Below, in pieces: positions 12,701 through 24,700 of a stretch of 64,000 nucleotides of DNA (positions are counted from its first letter, which is position 1; every line of letters begins with the position of its first letter). The notes under the pieces are model-generated. The model was given only the letters and a program-made list of their open reading frames with translations. It was not told the origin of the DNA and made no database searches. The position numbers and the translations under genes are program-made. This DNA is from Mobula hypostoma (Eukaryota): the NCBI RefSeq assembly GCF_963921235.1, contig NC_086097.1:114640001-114704000 (forward strand), written 5' to 3'.

Positions 12701-15700
12701 CAAATTCCATAGATTCACCACCCTCTGACTAAAAAAATTTCTTTGCATTTCTGTTTTGGAAAGGGAGCCAGAAACCGCTTCAAGCATGCATGGTGGAATA
12801 TGTTAAGAAATATTTGGTCAAATGATTGTTGTCATACACTTTGGTAGAAAGTCTCTAGCGCACAGAAGATCATTGGGACACAGCTCCCAGCCCTGGAGGA
12901 CACCTACAGCTCTCGCTACCTAAGGAAAGCTACAAGCATCTGTAAGGACAATACACACCCATGCAATCATCTGTTTGAACTTCTTCCATCTGGCAGACGT
13001 TATAAGATTTTCTATGCCTGAGCTTCCAGACTGAAAAATAGCTTTTTCCCCAGAGCTATAATTGCTCTGATCCAATCGATGAGGCATCATCCATAAATTT
13101 ATTACATTGCTACTTTAATACTGGTTTTATGACTGTCATGCATCTGAGTTGTGCTTTCGTACTGCTGGACATGACTTGTACTGACTGGTTACTTGATTTT
13201 ATTTATTGTTTATTTATTTTATTGTTTTATAGCATTGAGCATGAGAGTTGCAAACTCATTTTTGCTGTATTGGTGCATGACAAGTTGTACTAGGCAATGA
13301 CAATAAAGATATTTCAATTTCAATAGAAGCAATAAAGGTGTAGAATATTTTGTAAATGGGGAGAAAATTCAAAAATCCGAAGTGCATAATTCCCTAAAGT
13401 TTAATGTGCAGGTGCTTTCAGCTGTAAGGAAGGCAAATGAAATGTTAATTCATTTTGAGAGGACTAGGATATAACAGCAAGGATGTACAGTAATGCTGAG
13501 GATTTTTAAGGCATTGGTCAGACCACACTTGGAGTACTGTGAGCAGTTTTGGGTCTCTTATCTTCGAAAAGGTGTGCTGGCACTTGAGAGTCCACAGGAG
13601 GTTCATAAGAATGACCCTGGGAATGAAAGGGTTAACACGCAGTACTGTGCAAGAGTCTGAGGCACCCTTGATTTTTACATAAATTTTGCTTTAGTTTTTT
13701 TTTCTTCTGTGTGTCGGTGGAAACAAGCAAATTTTAGATTTCCAAAAAAAATTAAATGTTAGAGAAATTTTAGTATTTCATTAAAGAAAGTAACATATGA
13801 AGTAATATACCACTTTTCAAATAAAAACTTGATGACTTTGTAGCTATATAGGCTGGTACATGATTAAACAAAGATAACAAACAGGTGCTAAAGATCAATA
13901 GCACAATGAGTTGAATGAACTAAACTGAGCGAAACAGAAATTGATGTAGAAGGAATCAAATTGGGTGAAGAACAACCAAACTAAAAGGTCAGATTGTGGC
14001 AGATATGACAGTATAACCTTCAAATCATCAATTCTTCCACCATGGCAAAAGCAAGCATAGGAACAAGACACAAGGTGTTCATCCTGCATTGGCAAGGTCC
14101 CTCCCAAGCAGAAATTTCACAGCAGACAGAAGTTTCAAGGTGTGCTGTCTAAGTTCTTCTGAAGAAGCAAAAGCAATGAGTAAGTTTGAGGAGCAGAAAC
14201 ACAGTGGTCGGTGTGGAAACTGAGTGCAGCAGACAAGAGATACATCAAACTGACGTACCTTCCAAATCGAAAGAGGTCCAGCACTGCAATCAGCTCTAAA
14301 CTCTCAAATCATTGGAATCCAAGTACACCCTTCTACAGAGCAGGGAAGTCTTGTCAGAACTGGTCTTCATGCAAGAGTTGCTAACAAAAATCCATTTCTC
14401 TGAAGTGGAAGCAAAGCCAAAAGACTCGCCTATGCACAAAAACATGACTGGAGTCCAGAACAATGGCAGCAAGTACTCTGGACTGATGAGTCAAAATTTG
14501 AAATTTTTGGCTCAAACAGGAGGCAGATTGTCCGTAAAAGAGCTGGAGAGCGCTACCTGGATGAATGTCTGCACCAACAGTGAAGCGCGACAGAGGTTTC
14601 CTGCAGGTTTGGGGCTGGAATTCTGTAAATGGAGTTTGTGATTTGGCCATAATTAATGGAATCCTCCATGCTGAGAAATACAAGCAGATTTCCATCTATC
14701 CCACAGTACAATCAAGGGAGCATCTGATCGATCCCAACTTCATTCTGCAGCAGGACAAGGAGCCCAAACACACGGCCTAGATAATAAAAAAAATGATCTT
14801 CAGTGAAAAGAATGAACAAGGATTTCTGCAACAGATGGTGTGGCCTCCACAGAGTCCTGATCTCAACATCATCAAGGCTGTCTGGGATTACCTGGAAAGA
14901 CAGAAGTGAGTAATATAGCCAACGTCTGCAGAAGGACTGGCAAGTTCTCTGGGATGCTTGGAACAACCTACCAGCTGATTTTTTTTTATATATAAAAATG
15001 CACGACAGTGTACCTAAGAGAGTTGATGTTGCTTTAAAGGGAAATATTGTTTGATTTTAGTTTTTTATTGTTTACTGTGCTTTATAGTATTCTTTTTGGG
15101 GAAAGGAGCGAGATAGTACAGGTCAATGCGACTAGGCAGATTAATGGTTTGCCACAGTCTAGATGGGCCAAACAGCCTGTTTCTGCTGCTGTGGTGTTCT
15201 ATGACTATGAATGGCTTCAGAGGGATAATCAATCAGCCATGGTGGAGCAGACTTGATGGGCCGAGTGGCCTAATTCTACTCTTATGTTTTATGGTCTAAG
15301 TTTCCAGGGAGTCGTAAAACACACTTTGGAAATGAGCGTTACTGAATTTCGTTCTAGAAAACATGGTCTCTAGTTGCATAAGGCTATATTTTAAATTCAA
15401 CAAGCAGTATTTCATCTTTTTATGTCCATTCACTCCTTCAAAATCCATGCTATGTTTTGTCATTTTCTCACTATAACTATTAGTTTCATATTATTAATCA
15501 CTTTCATATTGTAAACTATTGGCAGTTCTGATGATTTCCAAGATACTTGACATTCTTTAGCGAAGTCACTTCATCAAAGCAGTCCTTTGCTGCTTTAATC
15601 ACTTCAACAAAAGTAGATAAAGAATTGGTGTTGGTAACTCGTTAGTTACTAAAGTTAGTTTAGTGTTTCGTACTAGAACACTGAAATGGATTTGAGCTAG

Positions 15701-18700
15701 ATGTCATTAATGTTGAAGATGTTACAGTGACATTGCATACAATCAACTCCCTAAAAACAACTTGTTTCTGCAGAGCTCTTGGAATTACTTGGATGATTGT
15801 TCTTCATGAAAGAATGGGGAAGGAATATGTCCAGGAGCAAAGTAAGGCCTTCTTCAGTGATACATCTGCTACTTTATACTGGAACAGTGTAGAGTGGCCT
15901 CCTCTGTCTAGCCTCAAGACACTCTGTGTGTACGGAGTCACGCCATTATTTCCACCGAGCAAAATCCCTGAAAAACATGGGTAAGTTTAGGAGAGAATAG
16001 ACCTTGCCGTGTAACCAGTTTAGTTGCTTGCATTGTTTATCTTCATTTCATTTTTATTAGTGTACAGATGATGCACAAGATACAAGCCTGATCACTTTGA
16101 CCTCTACCCTGCTTTCCTGTGAATCTAAATAAATACTAAGCTGAGGAAAAATAATGTTTTTATTCTAAATTTATTGCACTTGTCTTCTCCGGCATTCCCT
16201 TTGAAGGTGTCTGCAGCAAAATGAAATGCATCCATGTGATCTCTATATTTACCTTTTAATAAGGAATCTTGTTGTCCTTCTCACTAAGAACACATGGAAC
16301 TGCTCTTCAGTCCACTCTCCTTGCACCATATTACAACTTGCCTCATCCACTAACGTCAGAATGATTTTTGCATTCTGACAACTGTACTTTTGTCTGGGCA
16401 ACAAAGACTGGAATTCTTCTCTAATCTCACAACTTCACATAGTTTCTCTCTTTGATGTTGCTTTTTGTGCCTGTCTGTCTAAAATTGTGTTTAATAACTC
16501 CATTGTGGGTAATGTTGACTATTATTGCATTGCAAGTATGTGATGAAAGCACTTTATTATATACCTTGTATAAAATTAAAATTATATTTGGTGTTGTGGT
16601 GAATATTAATTGGCTTGTTATTTGGCTGGATTTCCTTGGTCATTGATTCCAATGAGTCTGTCCCTTCCTCAGGTAGTACTGGGGAATAGATCAGAGGCAA
16701 ATAGTTTCCTGAAATGTTTGGTGATCCTTTTCTAACTCTGCTGTACTGCTCCTATCTACATAGCTGATGAATGTGGTGTTCTTCATTTTGGCAGCTCACC
16801 ATTTTCACAATTCCTTCTTTGAATAAGACAAAGGGAAAACAATTCCCAGCCCCTAGAGATAGCTGTCGACTTTTTTTTGAGAGTCATTAACAACTTAGTT
16901 CCTTGCTCCCCTGCTACAGAACATGAATCATTCCCCACCTCCCTGGCAGTTCAAAATTCTGAGGCTGAAAGATTTTTATTTGTATGTTATTGATAAGTCA
17001 CTCATTTATTACTGATTCCTAATTGCGCCATAACTGACGGGCAGTTCCAGGAGAAGCTTAGCATCATATAAAGATCAGATGAGATATAAACTTTCTTTTT
17101 AAAGAAGAGCTTTGAAATAGATGTTGTTTTATTACAATCTGGTAGTTTTGTAATTTTCATTACGGTAATAAATTTTCATCCCAGATCTCTAATTAACAGC
17201 ATATGAATTATGAGTTGATTTGTTGGGATTTAAATTTGTCTGTAGATTATTTTTCAAGGCCTTTGAACTTCTAATCCGGTCACCTTTTAGCTTGTGGTAG
17301 AAGTGTAAAGGAGTAGAGAATTATATTGGAGTTCTATGTATGTACCAGGGGTTCCAGCTTCATTTATTTCTATAATTCTTTGCCATCCCCATGGCTTCCT
17401 AGTTTAATATCACAAGTCTGACTCTGTTCCAACATTTCCATATCTCAGTTTGTTGGCATATTTCTGTTGAGTGTTAATAGACCAGGTTTTACCTCCACCT
17501 GCTCTGTGGGTGAACTTTATAAAATAAATAGCAATTATTGATATTCCTTATTGCATGGCCGACTGCACCAATTTAGTTATCAGTAATGAAGAGGAAGGGT
17601 TTTGGACTCCATCACTGTGATTAGTATGGAAGCAACTCAATGCATAAAAATTCAAGTAAATTTATCATCAATATATGTATATGTCACCATATACAACTTA
17701 AGATTTGTTTTCTTAAGGGCCTACACAGCTAATCCAACAAACGTAAATGAATCATTGAAAGGCCTCACCCAACAGGATGGGCAAACGTCCAATGTGCAGA
17801 AGACAACAAACTGCAAATACAATAGAAATAAAAGAAACAATAATAATAAACAAATAAGTAATAATTAGCTCAATAAAAGTGTGCTGACATGGTTAGAAGT
17901 TCCGTTGTTGTTCAAACCAAACATCAGAATTGGGAAGAAATGTATTTTAAGTGACTTTGACTGTGGAATGATTGTTGGGACCAAATGGGGTGGTCTGAGT
18001 ATCAGAAACTGCTGATCTCCTGAGGTTTTCATACACAAGGGGGCATAGCTTTAAGGTGATTGGAGTAAAGTATAGGGGGGATGTCAGAGTTCTTTACACA
18101 GAAAATGGCGAGTGTGTGGAATGCAATGCCATGGGGATGGTGGCAGAAGCAGATAAATAGGGGCATTTAAGAAACTCTTGGATAGGCACATGGATGAAAG
18201 AAAATGGACTGTGTAAGAGGGTAGGGTTAGATTGCTTTTAGAGTAGGTTAAAACGTCAGCACAGTATTGTGGGCTGAAGGGCCTGTAATGTTCTATGATT
18301 TACGGTGTGGCATCAGGCGAATGTTAGGATTTGTTCATCTTGTGTAAGTGCAGCTAAGAATAGTTCTACAGTCAACAAACAATTAGTTTGTTCCTCTCAT
18401 TGAGCATTTCATCTGTTAATTTTAAGGACCTGTACTATGCTTTGATATTCTATGTTTTAAGATCTGATGGCTAGTAAGTGCTTCTGTGAGCACAGGATTT
18501 TGTTTTTGCCTCTCCGTTCTTGGCTGGTTGCTTCTCTTCCTCTTTCTCCTCCTACTGCACCTCATTAATCTTGATCAATTCAGAACATTACAGAGGTGGC
18601 AGCACCTTTCAACACCTTGTAAATTGCTACCTGTAAACAAGTACTGTGGCCTACAATGAACAAAGGTAGGCATGGAAACATTCACTTAAAAGTTAAACAA

Positions 18701-21700
18701 ATATCTTGCCTCCATTTTTCTGGTGACCTTGTTGATGCATTGAAAACTTGTGGAGAATATAAATACAAATGGTTGCTATTTTTAATTAAAGGAAACCTTA
18801 GTTTTCTAAAAAAAAATTGATAAATTAAAAAACCTTTTAAATCCTGGGATTAATTCTAAATTTCTGAAATTTCTCTTAGACCTCGCCGGAGATCCCTACT
18901 TGTGGAATATGATTTAACAACTCTGGAAGAGTCCAGTACATTTATTGGTGGTGACAAACTTATTAAGTTGAGATGCTTACACCCCGGCATGTTGTTGGGA
19001 TGCTGGCAAGTGAGTTCACACAGCAACCAATTTTGTTGAGCAAGATCGCGCAATCAGAAATTAAGTAGATAGCTAGATAATCTTTTTCTCAACTAGCTGC
19101 ATCCGGTGGGTGACTGGATCTGGCATTTGCTGTTATGATTCACTGTTATGCACATTTCATTTCCCGCATTAGTGCAGGCGGTTCACTTTAATTATTTAAG
19201 ATCAAAAACAAGATCAAGAGATTTTGAGTAACACATTTTGTAAATAACAGGTTAGGATATATATTTTAAAAATTTTATTGGAGATAGGCCATACTAACAG
19301 ACCCTTTCAGTCCACCAAGCTCAGAGACACCCATATGACCAACTAACCTATTTATCCATGTGTTGTTGGAATGTGGGACGAAACTGGAAGAAGCCCACGC
19401 GGTCACAGAGAGAATGTACAAACTTCTCACAGGCAGCGGCAGAATTGAGCCTGGGTTGCTGGCGGTGTAATAGTGTTAGGCTAATCGCTGAGCTATTAGG
19501 AGAAGATCATTTTCAATGTAATGAACAATGTGCAAATTAGAGGGGCCTCTATTTTAATTATATTTAAATAAAGAAGTGGTACTGGTAAATCTCCAAAGAC
19601 CACATTTTTTTTTGTAAAATCCTAACTGTGTAGCGTACAGATGCTTTCAATCTCTGACCCTGTGCAGTAAGTAATTGTGAAGTCTGCAGACTGGCGAAGA
19701 CCATGGAAAGCAGGTTTCCTCCTTCACGCTCAGGGTAGCCTTCCCTGTGAAGCACATAACTTGTTACCCCTTCACACATCTGTTTACCTCCCCTTCTGCC
19801 CCTACCACCCCCCTACCCCACCACTGACAGATTTCTTTATGTGCTCTCTTACTACCCATCAGTCAATGAGGCGTTGTGGAAGGTTCAAAGTAAATTTATT
19901 ATCAAAGTCTGTATGCCATTTATAAACTTGAGATTCATCTTCTTTCAGGCGCCCACAAAACAAAGGAACAATAGAATCCACGAAAAACATTATGCAAGAA
20001 AGACTGACAAGTATTTTGAGTGCAAAAAAAGAACAATTTGCGAAAACAGTTTTAAAAAAAGTAAACAAATAATACAAAACATAAACCAGAGAGTCCACTG
20101 CCACAGAGCTAGTTCAGTACTGAGCCAAGTGAAGTCAGAACGGGAGCCCGGCAGCTGCAGGTTAACAACTGTTCCCAAACCTGGTGGCATGGACCCAAGA
20201 TTCATGTGCCATCCGCCCAACGGTAGCAGCAAGGAGAGGGGGACAGGACAGGTCAAATTCAGGCAGTTGGGATGGGCTCAGGTGGGGGAGCTTGGCTGAC
20301 AGAAAATTGAGCTGAACACTCTTTCACCCTCTGCCCTTTAGCCTCAGCACTTTAACTTTAGAATATGTGGATTCAGATTTTTAATAGTCTAGAAAAGGAT
20401 TACATCATAATTTAATGAAAGGATGTACCAGTATCATGATGGTACTTTCATACAGTAGGCATGATGCGCAATTGAAAATACCTTGTTTTTCAAGGAATGG
20501 GGTTTCTAATTATACAGCACAGCCCAAAGGTCTGCTAAATGTTGTCCAAGATTACATTCTACAAAAGCACATGTAGAATTATACTTCATGCTTATTGTTG
20601 GTTGTCAGACACCAAGACCCGAACATTGAAGAGGATGGCCAGGGGGAGCGGGGCGGAGCCGGTGGAGGGGGGATTACATGATTGACAGTGTGGCATTGCT
20701 CAGTGTTTTTACTGGGGAAGATGATGTTGCTGGAGTATCAGCAAAGCTGAGATTTTGGATAGCTCAACAGTGATAAGGAGGAAGACAAGAATGGCCAGCT
20801 GCTCTTGAGATGGATAAATCACATTGGCCTGATGGGATGCATCTTGGTTTGCTGAGGAGAATGATGGAAGTTGTTGCAGAGGTACTGCCCATAATCTTGC
20901 AAGCAGGTGGTGATTTGGGATGGATTCTGAGGACAGGAACATTACAAATGCTGCATTTTTCTTTAAAAAAGTGATTTGGAAGTAAGCCTAGTGGATTGAT
21001 TTCATTTGGGGCTGGAACAATCAACTGGACAAGTGTAGATTGATTTGAAAAAGCCAAAATGGATCTTTTAACTAAATGGTTGCTATGGTATATATGGACT
21101 TCCAAAAGGTAATACAAGGTCACAGAATGGGGTTGTCTCCAAATCCGAAGCCCATTGGATAAATGGTGTTGTAGCAATATCAACAGAAAATTAGTTAATT
21201 TAGAGGAAACAGTGTAATTAGAGAAAGGCTGCTTATATGGACTGGAGGTAAAGCTACAGTGGTGTTCCCCATTCTGATGCAGAGTTGCTGCTTTATATAT
21301 AAATGGAATTAATTTAGGTGCTGAGGGTATAATTGCCAAGTGTGTAGATGATACAGAACTTGGAGGCATAGTGAATTGTAAGGAGGGTAGTGATATATAT
21401 GAAGGAGATCGGAACAAGCTGATGACATGTATGGCAGATGAACTTCAACAGTGAAAAATGTGAGCTTGGTCACATTTTGGTGTGAGTGACTAAAAACAAA
21501 AGAAAAGGAAATATTTCTAAAAGTGGTACATGTACAGAGATCTGGGCATAGTTTCCATGCATTGTTCAGGGGAAATGGTGAGACATGTTTAGGAAGGTAT
21601 TAGAAAAGTAAATGGGATCCCGTGCGTTGTATTAGAGGCCTTGAGTATATGGTGAACCCTGATAGGACAACCGTTTATTCAGGAGTATCACATCCACTCC

Positions 21701-24700
21701 AGGGAGGATGGAAAGATGGGGTAATTGCAGAGATGAGCGTGTTTAATTATATGAATAGGTTCTAGAAATGGGCATGGTTCTCTTTGGAATAGAGTAGGTT
21801 GTGAGAAAATTTGATAGTTATTTAAAATTAAGTGCATATACTATAAATGGAGAGAAATATTTTAATTTCCTGAGAAGTCACAAACGAGGGATCATGGAAG
21901 GAAGTGATTGGAAATAAACTCCAATCACTTGTTTACACAGCACGTAATTCGAGTCTGGAATGCAGTGCGTGGGTAGTTGTAAAGACAGATCACATTATAT
22001 CATTCAAAAGGAGATCAGGGAATATGAAGGAAAAATTATAATGCTCTAGGGAGAGGGACTGTGGCCACCTAGGATGCTCATAGAAGAATAGATACAGACT
22101 CTGGGTCAAATGACCTCATGTACTGTTAACTTTATGTGACATTAATATTGAAATTATAATTGCAAAGTAATTTCTAAAGATAAAAGATGTGCAGATACTA
22201 GTCTATTATATTAGTTGGATTAAAGTGACACCTAGTTTTCATCTTCATAATATGGTGTGTGATGAGCAACAAATTTATTGTGCATTTTATTTTTCCTTTG
22301 TGCAATAATGGTGATACCAGAATTATCTTCCCAGTGAGTAATGACAGTTTGGATATAAAGTAATGCATTCATCATCACTAGTACTTTGTTTTTGAATGTT
22401 CTAGGAAGATGGGGAATTGGCTGTTATTGTTACAAATCTTCATTACCATCAACTCATTGAGAAGAGCACACTGGGGTCAGTTACGAGGTAAGGAGAATTG
22501 CTTGTGTCAAAACAGATTATTTCAAATAGTTAAGCAATTATTAACTGAAATACAATCTAATTGCATTGTACTGATAGAAAATTACTTTTGTTTATAATTG
22601 TAGATTTCAAAGAGTAGCTGTTTTATCTTTAAAAAAAAAGGCTAAGCTATTCAGACAACAGGAATTCTGCAGATGCTGGAAATTCAAGCAACACACATCA
22701 AAGTTGCTGGTGAACGCAGCAGGCCAGGCAGCATCTCTTCCTACAGATGCTGCCCGGCCTGCTGCGTTCACCAGCAACTTTGATGTGTGTTGCTAAGCTA
22801 TTCAGCATGAGATTTGGACAAATTCACTTTCCCTTTATTGAAAAGACCTTACTTTGTTATTGTATAATGTGTTGTATTTACATAGTAAAAATCAGGAAAC
22901 TATTAATTTTGCTCACATTCTTTGTTTGATGTTTTTAAATTTAAAAGCCCTTACAAGCCATCACCTCATGAGCCAGTGCTGGATGATATTGTCTCAGAAT
23001 ATGGGCTTCTTGGCTTTCATTGCCATATTACGTTGCACAATGGGAAAAGCTCCTACATGTCTGGTAGCTTTCATAACCTGTTCGGTAGAAAAGGTAAGGG
23101 GATTTCCATTTTAATTTGTATGACCGTTGTACTTGCACACCACTGATTAAATGTTGGTTGCATTACTCTGTGATAGATCGGGGAAGATTTTGGTCTGTCT
23201 TCTGTGGAGTTGTTTTAACACAAGATTGTCAGTTTCTGTGACAGCAGGACCATTATGAAACCAGCAGCCAGTCTACGCAGCACTTAGATTATTCGGAGAT
23301 CTGTTGATAGGTCTGATAGCTGAGGACTCCAGCTTCAAGATTTCAAATTTTAGAACTGCGATTTAGATCTTATTGAGAATAAATGAACTAATAATTTAAA
23401 AAAAAATCTTCAGAGACAGTTTCAAGTCTTTTCTGAAATCATCTTTTTTGTCAATTTACTTTCAATGCTAATATGTATTTTGTGTCAAATTACATAATAA
23501 ATGATTTAAGAACAAATTTACCACTATATTCCAGTTAAGTTGATAACTGTTGAGGCTGTTTTCTTACCAATGCCATCTTGGCTTCAAATTCCTTGGTGTC
23601 CTCATTTCCGAGATCTCACCTGGTCCCTGAACTCCTCCATCCTGATCAAAAAGGTGCAACGGCGTCTTTATTTCCTGCGGAGCATGAAGAAAGCTCACCT
23701 CTGTCCCAGGATACTGATGGACTTTTTAAAAACATTTTTTTATTGAATTAGTACATAAAAGATAAAACAACCAATACATTGTTAAGATATAAATATACAA
23801 GTAATATTAATACAAAAAAATGCAAACAACGTAAGTTAGTTATAAAATAACAAGGTAATATAGTTGTGTACTAATTTTCCATATATGTCGATAGAACGAG
23901 AAAAAAAAAACCCAGAAAAAACCCCCCAAAAAATTACCGTGCAACTAACCTACAAAGCAAAGCAATGGGCTAGCTAGGTAAATAGTAGATTTGAACAAGT
24001 TAAACAATCACGTCCTCAAACCCTACCTCCACTAATAGCAGATAAAATCCACGAAGGGAGTGTATGTATGATCAGAGAGAGAAAAAAAAGTTACATTAAA
24101 TGAAAATATTGAATAAAAGATCTCCAGGTCTGTTCAAATTTAACTGAAGTATCATAAAGATTACTTCTGATTTTTTTTTTCCAAATTTAGATACAGTTTC
24201 GTTTGAGAGAACCAGAAAAATGTAGTTGGGGCATTAATCTCCTTCCAATGTTGTAGAATACATCTTTTCATCATTAAAGTAAGAAATGCAATCATTCTAC
24301 GCGCTGAGGGGGGTAAATTACTAGAGGTTTTAGGTAATCCAAAGATAACAGTAATAGGATGGGGACAAATATCACTATTCAAAACCTTTGAGATAATATT
24401 AAAAAAGTCTTTCCAAAAAGTTTCCAGAGTAGGACAAGACCAAAACATGTGGGTCACGGAAGCTATCTCCCCATGACATCTATCGCAAAGAAGGTTAATA
24501 GAGTAAAAACGAGCTAATTTATCTTTAGACATGTGTGCTGTATGGATCACTTTAAATTGAATTAAGGAGTGTTTGGCACAGATAAAGGAAGTATTAACAA
24601 GTTGTAAAATATGAGCCCAGTCATCAGCCGGGATAATAAGGCCCAATTCCTTTTCCCAGCTAATCCTAATCTTAACGAATGGAGCTTTTTTAAGTTTCAT

